IMG/VR virus record: IMGVR_UViG_3300023119_000004
Length of the DNA: 64,000 nt
Reading direction: 5' to 3' (one strand)
Source: a virus
Taxonomy: Duplodnaviria; Caudoviricetes
Part shown: positions 18,580 through 27,961 of the stretch, piece by piece
Layout: every line of letters starts with the position of its first letter
Position numbering within the stretch: the stretch's first letter is position 1
Program-made: the position numbers and the translations under genes
Notes under the pieces: model-generated
What the model saw: the letters and a program-made list of their open reading frames with translations, nothing else
Databases searched by the model: none
What the model was told of the DNA's origin: nothing

Positions 18580-20718
18580 TTATTTATCTTGCATTAAACT
18601 AATTATTTCACGCAATGACCCTTTCATTATTCTAACTTTAGCGTCTGTTTCGCCCATAAATCTAAGTGCATCATATCTGTGATGACCATTAACAATATAT
18701 CCTGTATTATCAATTACTATAGGAGCATAGTTGCCTTCTTTTACACGAGTCATTTGCTTGTGTAGTTTATCCCAGGATCTATTACGTTGTACAGGTTTTA
18801 TTAATGAAATATCCATATATACTTCTTCATTAGTAAACTCTTGTAAATCTTCTTCACGTACTTGCGGTGGAGCCATGCCGTTTGTTATATAAAAGTATGA
18901 AGGATCTTCATATCCAGTTTCAGTTAGATCATAACCTTCTTTAGCCAACTTAGTTGCAGTTGCATACATAACTGCTTTCCAGTTATCTCCATAACGCTTT
19001 TTAAAGTCTGCTGAACCTTTTTTCATTCCTTTAACAATACGCTCTTTGTCTTTTTCTTCGCCTTTAGTAAGTTCACGCTCGTCATACTGTGCATCATCAC
19101 CTGGCTTATCAGCATCTTGTATATCATATCCAAGACGCTTTAATTGTTTCATCATGTATTTCTTTTCTTTTTCGCCACCCCAAAATTGAAGCATAATATC
19201 AGGATCGTTAGGATTTACATCTTCAGGATCAACATCTTTGACATTGGCTATATTAGTACCAAGTTTCATAAAGTCATAGTCTGAATCTGATTTAACTAAA
19301 GAAGTATTTTTAGGATTAGGAATTAATTCACCTTCGTCTTTTTTGTGTGGATCAAAGTCAGGATCTTGTATTACAATACGATCCTTTTTAACATAAACTT
19401 CTTTACCTAGTTTACGTGCAATATCCATTAAGTCTTTTGTTCTATTAGGATCAAGATTTTTAACCATATCTGAAACAAATGATGGTAGTTTAGATGCTGG
19501 AATACTTAACGCACCTTCTTCTATATCTTCAGTTGCAAATTTATCTTCAAGTCCTTGCATTTTATAAACAGCCTTAATACCAAACTGTCTAATTTTTGCA
19601 AACAATTTATCTAGTAATGGTTTCTTACCTTGGTTATGTTTTATCAAAAGCATTAACATACCAAAGTCGTTTGGATCTTTGATTAAATCTCTTAATTCTT
19701 CTGCATATGGTTTCAATATTTTTTCAACTTCAGCCCAAGCCATCTCGTGTGCATTGACTTGTTTGTTCCACCATTTTTCCATTTTGCCTAATATTTTATC
19801 AGCAAATCCAGATAGTTTATCAGTAATACCTTCGTCCATTACTTCTTCTGCAGGTTTTTTAAAGTAGTCTTTCAAATTACCAGCCGTCCTTTCAAACTTA
19901 TGATCTTTGTGTTTAAATCCAACACCACCTTTTGATTCCCAATTTCTAATGTTACTACCAAAGTCATCAATTAATATGTTTGGTGTTCCATCTGCTTGTT
20001 TAGCAAACTTCCATTTGTCTGCTGTAATAATAACTTCTTTAGGCGGAAAGAAACTTAAATTATCTTTAACCCATTCTCTTTTGTGTGGCTCTGCTTTAGG
20101 ATCATTTGCTAGAGGAGCACTTAGTATTTTATATTCGCCTTTAAGATCCTTAATAATATTTAGTAATCCTTTGGCGTTAGGTGTTAAAGGCAAAGACAAC
20201 CAAAAGTCTTCTTTGTCTCTAATTTTTTGTAGTGCATCTTCAATATCTTTAATTTCTCTCCAATCAGCACCAACAAGTTTTTTCCAAGCAGGAAAGAAAT
20301 CTGCAAGGACACCGTCCATGTCTACAAAAATTTCTGTAGCACTAGACAGTTCTTTACCCATACGTTCGTCTACGTTTTTATACTTTTGTTTGCGGGGAAT
20401 AATTTTTGACTTGTCTTTATGCGATCCAGCGGCACCACTTTTGCGTAATGCTTCCATATCTTTCCAATTTGGATCTCTTGCTTTAATTGGTTTCTTTATA
20501 TCTTTTTTACTCTCTGCCATTCCTAAATTAAACAATGTGTTTGGATCGCTATTCTTATGTGCTTTCTTGTGCATAGTATATAACGGTTTGCCTTGTTTGT
20601 CAACCGAATTTCCAAATTTCTTTGCTTGTTTAGGGATTTCATTAGGGCCTACATCAACAGTAGTATTAACTCCTGGTACAATTAATCCGCCGTTTTCTTT
20701 TAATTCTCTAAATCTCAT
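18580..20718 (-). CDS. Modular protein with NT5C-like HAD nucleotidase and C-terminal ParB/Srx-like domain; putative virion-packaged polyprotein
   Basis: IFVDMDGVLADF...ILIDD (HAD); PIVID...VNGHHRYDAL (ParB); modules bounded by xxE sites. Confidence 0.75.
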   Translation of the reverse strand: MRFRELKENGGLIVPGVNTTVDVGPNEIPKQAKKFGNSVDKQGKPLYTMHKKAHKNSDPNTLFNLGMAESKKDIKKPIKARDPNWKDMEALRKSGAAGSHKDKSKIIPRKQKYKNVDERMGKELSSATEIFVDMDGVLADFFPAWKKLVGADWREIKDIEDALQKIRDKEDFWLSLPLTPNAKGLLNIIKDLKGEYKILSAPLANDPKAEPHKREWVKDNLSFFPPKEVIITADKWKFAKQADGTPNILIDDFGSNIRNWESKGGVGFKHKDHKFERTAGNLKDYFKKPAEEVMDEGITDKLSGFADKILGKMEKWWNKQVNAHEMAWAEVEKILKPYAEELRDLIKDPNDFGMLMLLIKHNQGKKPLLDKLFAKIRQFGIKAVYKMQGLEDKFATEDIEEGALSIPASKLPSFVSDMVKNLDPNRTKDLMDIARKLGKEVYVKKDRIVIQDPDFDPHKKDEGELIPNPKNTSLVKSDSDYDFMKLGTNIANVKDVDPEDVNPNDPDIMLQFWGGEKEKKYMMKQLKRLGYDIQDADKPGDDAQYDERELTKGEEKDKERIVKGMKKGSADFKKRYGDNWKAVMYATATKLAKEGYDLTETGYEDPSYFYITNGMAPPQVREEDLQEFTNEEVYMDISLIKPVQRNRSWDKLHKQMTRVKEGNYAPIVIDNTGYIVNGHHRYDALRFMGETDAKVRIMKGSLREIISLMQDK
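18581..18588 (-). promoter_or_regulatory. Late promoter, leaderless
   Basis: GATAAATA-5 nt-ATG. Confidence 0.65.
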
Positions 20719-20933
20719 TTCTTACGGCCTCTGAATTGTGGCATACCTGTCATAAATGGTTTTGAAAACCAAAGTTTAAACCATTCTGGATCACCAGGCT
20801 TAACACCCATGTCACGTTCTTTTTGTTTAATAGCAGTAGCAGTTAAACTAGGATTCTCATCTATTTTGTATTCTGTGTATCCTTTAAATTCACCAATACC
20901 TGCTAGTTTTTGTAATTGCTTTATATCGTCCAT
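20715..20933 (-). CDS. Putative head-internal protein
   Basis: MDDIKQLQKLAGI motif. Confidence 0.6.
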   Translation of the reverse strand: MDDIKQLQKLAGIGEFKGYTEYKIDENPSLTATAIKQKERDMGVKPGDPEWFKLWFSKPFMTGMPQFRGRKK

Positions 20934-21136
20934 TACTTCTTACCGCCCTTCATATTAGCACACCAGTGATACATTTTACCTTTCTCACCACTGTACTTTT
21001 TAGCCTTAGCACGTAATGAACTAACACTTCCTTTACAACTTGCGCCAGCCTTCTTTACACGACCAGGACGACTTTTGCCTTTCTTTTTACCATCAGCAAA
21101 GTTTTCGTATACGGATTCTATCTCAGCAAATCTCAT
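20933..21136 (-). CDS. Putative head-internal basic protein
   Basis: MRFAEIESVYE-NFADGKKKGKSRPG; Lys-rich. Confidence 0.6.
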   Translation of the reverse strand: MRFAEIESVYENFADGKKKGKSRPGRVKKAGASCKGSVSSLRAKAKKYSGEKGKMYHWCANMKGGKK

Positions 21137-21906
21137 TTGCCACTCCGTGCCATACTAATAAACCATTCTGCTAGGTCTTCGTCTTTTTTATTAAACTTGT
21201 GTGTGAATGCGTCTTTGTCGCCTTTAGCCGCCGCGGCTCTTCTTGCTTTTAATTTATCCTGTACACTTGGCTCTTCCGGAGCACGTTTCTTTTTAATAGT
21301 TGTACGCGGAACATTGCGAGTAGTAAACCCTAGTATTTCGTTTTTAATGCCCATGCCTTGTTTAACTGCATCAAACATTTCTTTTGCTAGATTTTCGTCT
21401 CCAGCAACACCTTGTTTAAATGTATCAAAGTCATCTTGTGCGGCCGCCGCCTTTAATTTACTAGCACTCATTCCTTCTGCACCTTCTGCATCAGGATCAC
21501 GTTCACCAGCATTCACAACTTCGATTACATCAAATGTATAATCATCACCGCCATTATATTTTTTAAGTAATTGATCAAAACTATCAACTCTGTCACTACC
21601 AGCAACATAAATTACTTTTGTATAACCTAGTGTGTATAGTTTTTTCATAGCATCGATAATAGTTCTAACATCGGGCGAACCAATAGTTATATCTGTACCG
21701 AAACTTTTTTGTGCAAAGTAAACTTTTTCTTTGTGTGATAAAGGATCTGTTTTAGGTTTTACAGTATGTGATAAAAAAAGAAAGTGGTCACCTGGAATAG
21801 AAGTTATTTTATCAACTAATTTCTTATGCCCAATGGTAGGCGGATTCATTCTGCCAAAAGCAAAAACAGCAATCTTTTGGTTTTCCGTAAGGTGACGAAG
21901 TAACAT
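21133..21906 (-). CDS. HIGH-motif cytidylyltransferase-like protein of T4-like phages
   Basis: FGRMNPPTIGH, VAGSDR, AG.RDPDA...MSASK. Confidence 0.85.
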   Translation of the reverse strand: MLLRHLTENQKIAVFAFGRMNPPTIGHKKLVDKITSIPGDHFLFLSHTVKPKTDPLSHKEKVYFAQKSFGTDITIGSPDVRTIIDAMKKLYTLGYTKVIYVAGSDRVDSFDQLLKKYNGGDDYTFDVIEVVNAGERDPDAEGAEGMSASKLKAAAAQDDFDTFKQGVAGDENLAKEMFDAVKQGMGIKNEILGFTTRNVPRTTIKKKRAPEEPSVQDKLKARRAAAAKGDKDAFTHKFNKKDEDLAEWFISMARSGK

Positions 21907-22241
21907 TAATACTCCCCGTTTCTCAATAACTCCTCTTCTTCTCCGAAGATTAATTCTGCAAGAGACATTTTTTCTTCTTTGGATAAAAGTTCTTCAGGAC
22001 GTTTAGGAATATCATATTTTGAACAGTAATGTTTTACACCTGTTTCGATCATTTTTTCTAAATCAATTGGACCAATTGAATTACCATTCTTAATTTTATT
22101 TTGACAATCACACATTGTTGGATAGTAAGACTTCCTATAAAAGATAGGATCGTTCTTCATATGTGTTTGAAGGTCTTGAACTACACTATAAGGTAATTCT
22201 GTTTTTTCAGGTTTGCTATCAAAATCTACTGCTTTTACCAT
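21906..22241 (-). CDS. Hypothetical protein
   Basis: 111-aa ORF, coupled junctions. Confidence 0.7.
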   Translation of the reverse strand: MVKAVDFDSKPEKTELPYSVVQDLQTHMKNDPIFYRKSYYPTMCDCQNKIKNGNSIGPIDLEKMIETGVKHYCSKYDIPKRPEELLSKEEKMSLAELIFGEEEELLRNGEY

Positions 22242-22996
22242 TTTCTACAACTCCAGTATCTTGCTTTTGTTCTTGGCCCTGGATTATCACAATTATGTCT
22301 AGCACGGAATGAACGTCTACGTGCTGGATTAGATTTTTTAATCTTCATATTAGGATCGCCAAAGTTAACTTTCTTTACGTTACCTGTTTTAGGATCCTTT
22401 ACGTATACTTTAAACTTTTTAACATCGCCACGCATAGGCTTGCCTAGTTTAACTTTACGTCCTTGGTATTCTGCTTCGTCAACAATGTCATCTTCGTTAA
22501 ACCACAAATCACCGTATGCTTCATAGAAGTCATCACCATCATATGTTTCTTCAAAAACGTTAGATAGTGTTTTTAATCTTGCTAATTCGTCTGACTCATT
22601 TTCATCTTCAGGTACAGCCTCTGCCATTTCTTGACAATCAGTACATCTTCCTACACCGTCATAAACATCTGCAATAGCCGCTCCGCAACAGTTGCTTACC
22701 ATGTCTGGTTCGTTCTCATCGCCTGGAGAATAAGATTCTTTTTTAGCCCAGTCGCCTGAAGAAAATGCAAGTCCTAAATCGGCTATAAACTTATCAATAG
22801 CGTCTTTATCAAGTGGGTTACTATCTGGAAGGATTGTTGTAAATTCTTGTCCAAAAGCACTAGGTTCTGTTTTCCAACCTAGTTGTTGAGCCGCTGTTGG
22901 TATTTTAGTATTATTGCCTTTAACAACTACCTTGGAATAGTTTCCTTCGCCTAAGGCTACTTCAGCAAGATAATCTTTAAATGTTTTATTAGTCAT
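22235..22996 (-). CDS. Putative head-internal modular protein
   Basis: MTNKTFKDYLAE resembles T4 IPIII CTS MKTYQEFIAE; CC..C..C module; basic C-terminal module EAEYQGRKVKL...RYWSC. Confidence 0.7.
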   Translation of the reverse strand: MTNKTFKDYLAEVALGEGNYSKVVVKGNNTKIPTAAQQLGWKTEPSAFGQEFTTILPDSNPLDKDAIDKFIADLGLAFSSGDWAKKESYSPGDENEPDMVSNCCGAAIADVYDGVGRCTDCQEMAEAVPEDENESDELARLKTLSNVFEETYDGDDFYEAYGDLWFNEDDIVDEAEYQGRKVKLGKPMRGDVKKFKVYVKDPKTGNVKKVNFGDPNMKIKKSNPARRRSFRARHNCDNPGPRTKARYWSCRKW

Positions 22997-23028
22997 ATGA
23001 TAGCACCTTCATAATACGTATTATAAAG

Positions 23029-23036
23029 TATTTATC
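23029..23036 (-). promoter_or_regulatory. Late promoter
   Basis: GATAAATA, then AAGGTG RBS. Confidence 0.6.
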
Positions 23037-23044
23037 AATAATTG

Positions 23045-23368
23045 TTAGATGCTGATTTCGATATCGAAGTTGCTGTAGCCTAGATCAAACAGTTTGTTTG
23101 CTACTCTTTCTGCTACAACATTAGATTCTGACTCTGATAGTGCTTTATGTAGTCCTACAGTAAGCACAATACCGTCATTTACAGTATTATATGACTCATA
23201 CATAGTTTCGTCTTCTAGTAATCCTTCGTCAGCACATTCAAGAATAGCATCAACGAGATACTCGTCTACTTCTGCTACTTGCTTTTTATTCCATACAATG
23301 CTAATAAAATTTTCCATGTTACTTCCTAATGATTTAGTAAGACGCTGTTTATTGTACCGTCTGTCCAA
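23045..23368 (-). CDS. Acidic hypothetical protein
   Basis: ORF; start may be MENFISI downstream of the track start. Confidence 0.6.
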   Translation of the reverse strand: MDRRYNKQRLTKSLGSNMENFISIVWNKKQVAEVDEYLVDAILECADEGLLEDETMYESYNTVNDGIVLTVGLHKALSESESNVVAERVANKLFDLGYSNFDIEISI

Positions 23369-23676
23369 TTTTCAATTACTGCTCTAACCCACACAAAATT
23401 ACCAGTAAAATTCTTAAAATCTACACCATCTTGTGAGTATGTTGTAGTAATATCAGTACCAGTAATGTCAAACCAATCACCTGCAACTGGATTGGTAGCA
23501 AGTGTGCCTTGCAATTTAACAGTTCCTAAGAACCCTGTGTAGTTAAATTGTGCTGTGTGAAAGCCGTCTGATCTACCGTAGTAGCCATCACCCTGATATT
23601 TGTCACCCGTATGAGTCTGTACAGAACTGTCTCCTACGTGTGTTTGTGCTGATAATATTGTAGTACTTGTGGACAT
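23326..23676 (-). CDS. Beta-rich hypothetical, probably structural, protein
   Basis: GATAAATA-5 nt-ATG; F.G.V.LQGTL...P...DWF...NF.GNFVWVRA. Confidence 0.7.
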   Translation of the reverse strand: MSTSTTILSAQTHVGDSSVQTHTGDKYQGDGYYGRSDGFHTAQFNYTGFLGTVKLQGTLATNPVAGDWFDITGTDITTTYSQDGVDFKNFTGNFVWVRAVIENWTDGTINSVLLNH

Positions 23677-23680
23677 AGTA

Positions 23681-24337
23681 TTATTTATCTGTTTTTTCTA
23701 TTGTTAGGACTTTGTCTGTACGTAGCACATTCTTGTTTAAAAATAGGCTAATCATAGTAAATGTTTGCTCATCTTTAACAAAAATATAACGTCCTTTTAG
23801 ATTATATCCCTTTTCAATATCTTCTAATACTGCATGACCAACACGTACTTTATCTGGATTCTTTTTACAATAATTTGCTAGGTTAGGGTCAGCAGTACCG
23901 TTAAGTGTAATCTTTAGTTGGTAAGTATCGTCCTCGCTAATAATAGTGTTAGCATCAAGATCTATACCTTCGGGCGGTTCAAATAGTGTGCTATTTGGAT
24001 TCTTTAATTTGCTATCTAAAAGTAACAACCAATCTTTGTTATTAGAATAAACTCCTAAATACGAACCTTCGCAACGTAATGAGTATTCTTGATCAGCAAA
24101 CGTAAAGTGATTAAGAAGTACTTTTAGATCTTCAACTTGTGAATCAGTTAAAGGCCTTTCGTGCATTCGTGTTTTTAAAAAATACGAGTTACCTTGTTTA
24201 CTATTAATAATATTATCAATAGCAGACCTAGCATATTCTAATTTTTTATTACGAAAGATATGAGCAATAGGACAGATTACACCTAATTTGAACTTATACT
24301 TATCGTAGAATAGTTTATTTGTTGTTTTATACTTCAT
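23681..24337 (-). CDS. Hypothetical protein
   Basis: 218-aa ORF overlapping the clpA stop. Confidence 0.7.
   Translation of the reverse strand: MKYKTTNKLFYDKYKFKLGVICPIAHIFRNKKLEYARSAIDNIINSKQGNSYFLKTRMHERPLTDSQVEDLKVLLNHFTFADQEYSLRCEGSYLGVYSNNKDWLLLLDSKLKNPNSTLFEPPEGIDLDANTIISEDDTYQLKITLNGTADPNLANYCKKNPDKVRVGHAVLEDIEKGYNLKGRYIFVKDEQTFTMISLFLNKNVLRTDKVLTIEKTDK
23682..23689 (-). promoter_or_regulatory. Late promoter, leaderless
   Basis: GATAAATA-5 nt-ATG, overlapping the upstream stop codon. Confidence 0.65.
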
Positions 24338-26573
24338 TGGTTACGACTTCTTTGCTTTTGATATTTAACAAGAATTCTCCATCTTTAATATCAATATTTA
24401 AGTCGCCACCGTTTTTAAGTTCACCAAACAACAATTTTTTAGATAGTGGTGTTTTAATCTGATCGTCAATAACACGTTGTAACGGTCTTGCACCCATCTT
24501 AGCATCGAACCCTTTGTCTACCAATAAGTCTATTGCTTCGTCTGTAATAGTTGTATTAACATTTTTCTCTTTTAACATATTTTTAAGATCAAGCAAGAAC
24601 TTGCCAACAATCTTAAGCATAGTATTTTTATCTAGTTTACCAAACAACATAATTCCGTCAAGTCTGTTACGGAACTCTGGAGGGAAAAACTTCTTAAGTT
24701 CTTTGTCTTCATATTCTTTTTCAAGAGTATCACCAAACCCAATTGAATTTTGTTCTGCTTCTTGTGAACCTAAGTTAGTTGTTAAAATAAGAACAACATT
24801 TCTACAGTCTGCTTGTTTACCATTAGATCCTGTAACAAATCCGTTGTCCATAATTTGTAATAGCAACGAACTTACATCAGGATGTGCCTTTTCAATCTCA
24901 TCTAATAGTAATACAGCATTAGGATTTTCTTGTAACTTAGTAATTAATAGTCCTGCGTTTTCTTCAAATCCCACATAACCTGGAGGTGAACCAATTAGTT
25001 TAGCAACTGAATGCTTTTCTTGATATTCTGACATATCAAAACGTATAAGTTTAACACCCAAGTTGTCTGCTAGTTGTTTTGCAGTTTCTGTTTTACCTAC
25101 ACCAGTTGGTCCCATAAACACAAACGAACCAATAGGTTTATTTTCTGTCTTAAGTCCTGCTTGGGCAACATGAATTTTATCAACAATGCTTTCTAACGAT
25201 GCATCTTGACCAAATACAACTGCTTTGAGGTTCTTTTCTAAGTTTGCAAGATTGCTTGTTTCTGTTTCAGCAATTTGCTCTTTAGGTAGGTCGACTGCTT
25301 TTGCAAGTTCAAATTGAATTTCTGCAACGTCAACAATTTTTTCTTCTGCTTTTTTCAATTTAAATCTTGAACAAGCACAATCAAGTAAGTCAATTGCTTT
25401 ATCTGGAAGTTTCTTATCACTTTGATATTTTACACTTAATTTAATAGCAGAGTCAACTGCTTCTTCTGTAATAACAACACCGTGAAATTCTTCGTAGTAT
25501 TTCTTAATACCTAGCAAAATACTCTTAGCAATTTCTTTACTTGGTTCGTCTACGGTTACTCTTGCAAATCTACGCATTAATGCACGATCTTTTTCAAAGT
25601 ACTTGCGATATTCTTCCCAAGTAGTTGATGCTACAACTTTAATATTTCCTTTTGTAAGAACAGGCTTTAACATATTAGCAAGATCGTTTGAACTTTGGCT
25701 TCCGCCAGCACCAGCACCACTAATCATATGTGCTTCATCGATAAACACAATAGTTTTGCCACGCTTCTTTAACCCAGCAATAACTAATTTAAAACGTTCT
25801 TCAAAGTCGCCTCGATATTTACTACCAGCCAACATACTACCAATGTCTAAATTATATACCGAATACTCTTTTAAGAATTCTGGTACAGCACCGTTTACAA
25901 TATTCCATGCAAGTCCTTCTGCAATAGCAGTTTTACCTACACCTGGATCACCTACAAGTAACACATTGTTTTTACTACGGCGACCTAGTGCAAGTGCAAT
26001 ACTTTCTAGTTCTTCGTGTCTGCCAATTACAGGATCAATTTTACCTGTTTCGGCATCTTTGTTTAAGTTAGTTGTGTATGAACGCAATGCTCTTGCCGCC
26101 ATACCTGCCATTTCCTCATCTTCAAATGACTGTTCAATTTCGTTATTCAAGTAATCTGCAAACTTCTCTTTTTCAATATCTGATTGTGCAATATAATAAT
26201 GTGCCCAAGATTTCTTTTCACTAAACATACTTAAAAATACATCTTGTATTTCAATAGTACTTCTTCCGCTAAACAATACTTGTGTAAATGCTCTGTTAAG
26301 AACACGCTCTACTGCTTGTGTCTTTTTAGGCTTGTATTTTTTATCAGCGGCTTCTCTAATAATATCTTCACATTTAGTTTTTAAATGATGTTCAACATTC
26401 TTTTTGAGATACTCAGGATCTGTTCCAAACCCGTTTACAATATTAACAAAACCGTCATCGCATAACATAGCAAACAACAAGTGCTCCAATGTTACATAGT
26501 CATGATTAAGTTTCTTAGCATCGTTAACTGCTTTGTCAAAAACTCCTTGTAAACTTTCGCTAGGTTCTACCAC
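24327..26573 (-). CDS. clpA: ClpA-like AAA+ chaperone / Clp protease ATPase subunit
   Basis: Clp N-domain (HDYVTLEHLL); GDPGVGKT/FIDEAH; KYRGDFEER; GPTGVGKT/LLDEIEKAH; GARPL; no M-domain. Confidence 0.95.
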   Translation of the reverse strand: MVEPSESLQGVFDKAVNDAKKLNHDYVTLEHLLFAMLCDDGFVNIVNGFGTDPEYLKKNVEHHLKTKCEDIIREAADKKYKPKKTQAVERVLNRAFTQVLFSGRSTIEIQDVFLSMFSEKKSWAHYYIAQSDIEKEKFADYLNNEIEQSFEDEEMAGMAARALRSYTTNLNKDAETGKIDPVIGRHEELESIALALGRRSKNNVLLVGDPGVGKTAIAEGLAWNIVNGAVPEFLKEYSVYNLDIGSMLAGSKYRGDFEERFKLVIAGLKKRGKTIVFIDEAHMISGAGAGGSQSSNDLANMLKPVLTKGNIKVVASTTWEEYRKYFEKDRALMRRFARVTVDEPSKEIAKSILLGIKKYYEEFHGVVITEEAVDSAIKLSVKYQSDKKLPDKAIDLLDCACSRFKLKKAEEKIVDVAEIQFELAKAVDLPKEQIAETETSNLANLEKNLKAVVFGQDASLESIVDKIHVAQAGLKTENKPIGSFVFMGPTGVGKTETAKQLADNLGVKLIRFDMSEYQEKHSVAKLIGSPPGYVGFEENAGLLITKLQENPNAVLLLDEIEKAHPDVSSLLLQIMDNGFVTGSNGKQADCRNVVLILTTNLGSQEAEQNSIGFGDTLEKEYEDKELKKFFPPEFRNRLDGIMLFGKLDKNTMLKIVGKFLLDLKNMLKEKNVNTTITDEAIDLLVDKGFDAKMGARPLQRVIDDQIKTPLSKKLLFGELKNGGDLNIDIKDGEFLLNIKSKEVVTNEV

Positions 26574-27094
26574 TATACATTACTCCTACTAAATTTCTTT
26601 ATTAATTTTTGTTGTTTCTTCTTAGCCAAATCAAGTTTTAGTTTGCTTACTCTGTCAATATAATTAATTCCATATAGATGATCATATTCATGACCAAAGA
26701 TTCTTGCATTCCAACCTGTTAATTCTATTGTACACTCTTTTCCGCTAGAGTCAAGACACTCTGTTACCAAACCAAATGGTCGTTTTACTTTTAGATATAG
26801 TAAAGGAAAACTTAAACAGCCTTCTTCACCTTCAATCATCTCTTCGGACACGGCTGTAATTTTAGGATTAATAATTGCAAAAGGTTTTTCATCTTCGTAA
26901 CCTTTTAATCCTGTTGGTTTAATAATAAAGATTTGTCCGTTAAACTCGACCTGATTAGCCGCCAAACCTACACCCTGATGCTTTTCCATAATTTCAATCA
27001 TATCTTTTTCAATTTGTTTAGCATCTTGTGTTTCGAAGTCAAAAGGATCAACCCTTTTCTCTAAGAAATCATTAGGATAAGTTATCAGTTTCAT
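26573..27094 (-). CDS. def: Peptide deformylase
   Basis: GVGLAANQV, EGCLS, HEYDH. Confidence 0.95.
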   Translation of the reverse strand: MKLITYPNDFLEKRVDPFDFETQDAKQIEKDMIEIMEKHQGVGLAANQVEFNGQIFIIKPTGLKGYEDEKPFAIINPKITAVSEEMIEGEEGCLSFPLLYLKVKRPFGLVTECLDSSGKECTIELTGWNARIFGHEYDHLYGINYIDRVSKLKLDLAKKKQQKLIKKFSRSNV

Positions 27095-27923
27095 TCTTAA
27101 TCTTTCTCAATTGTTCAATAATGTCAGTATCTTGTATCTTAGGAGTATCACCATAAATCTTAACAAATAGGTTACCAGTTTGCCCAGTACGTCTATCCGG
27201 AAGACCCTGTCCGTGCATACTAAAAGTTGTTCCACTATTAGTTCCAGGAGGTATTTTTAAACTTACTTCTTTGCCTTGGATAGTACGTATGTGTATACTA
27301 GAACCAATCATAAGATCAAAAACATTTACTCTCTCGTCTACATATAAATTTATGCCATCTACGGTATAACGTGGGTGCCTTCTGACTCTTACAATTACAA
27401 ATAAATCACCTCTAGGAGCATTAGGAATTTGGTCGCCGCCCATTCCGGAATATCGTATTTTATCTCCTGGTCTTACGCCTGACGGTAATGTAACATTTAC
27501 ACTTTGTTCTTTACCACTAGGTAGTCTATACGTAATTAAAAAGTCTTTACCAAACACAATATCTTCAATATCAATATCTGCGGCCAATGTAATATCTTGG
27601 TTACGCATTTGTCTTTGTCCAAATGGTGAACGATGTCCAAAAAATGAACCAAAAATATCTTCCATATCACTAGCATTGAAATGAAAACTCGAACCACCAT
27701 GCCCTCTTGCGTGTGCCTGTTGAGGATCAGCAGTTCCGTATTGATCATACATACGTTTCTTTTCAGGATTACTTAGTGTTTGGTATGCTTCGTTTAACTG
27801 TGTAAACAATTTATGATCACCACCCTTATCGGGGTGCTGAGTCGCCGCCTTTTTTCTAAAGGCAGTTTTAATTTCTTTTTCGGATGCGTTTCGTGAGACG
27901 CCTAATAATTCATAATAATCCAT
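27072..27923 (-). CDS. dnaJ: Class B DnaJ/CbpA-like co-chaperone
   Basis: J-domain with HPD, G/F linker with DIF, C-terminal domain, no Zn finger. Confidence 0.92.
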   Translation of the reverse strand: MDYYELLGVSRNASEKEIKTAFRKKAATQHPDKGGDHKLFTQLNEAYQTLSNPEKKRMYDQYGTADPQQAHARGHGGSSFHFNASDMEDIFGSFFGHRSPFGQRQMRNQDITLAADIDIEDIVFGKDFLITYRLPSGKEQSVNVTLPSGVRPGDKIRYSGMGGDQIPNAPRGDLFVIVRVRRHPRYTVDGINLYVDERVNVFDLMIGSSIHIRTIQGKEVSLKIPPGTNSGTTFSMHGQGLPDRRTGQTGNLFVKIYGDTPKIQDTDIIEQLRKIKNETDNLS

Positions 27924-27929
27924 AGTACT

Positions 27930-27958
27930 ATTATATACTTAGTTTAGGCGAAAGTCAA
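27930..27958 (-). promoter_or_regulatory. sigma70-type promoter, leaderless dnaJ-def-clpA transcript
   Basis: TTGACT-17-TATAAT-6 nt-ATG, no SD. Confidence 0.8.
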
Positions 27959-27961
27959 CGG

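Noticed and set aside
19907-20734. 275-aa + strand ORF
   Set aside because: Antisense shadow of the HAD-containing gene; no RBS, promoter or motifs
24514-26154. + strand ORFs of 154 and 183 aa
   Set aside because: Antisense shadows of clpA
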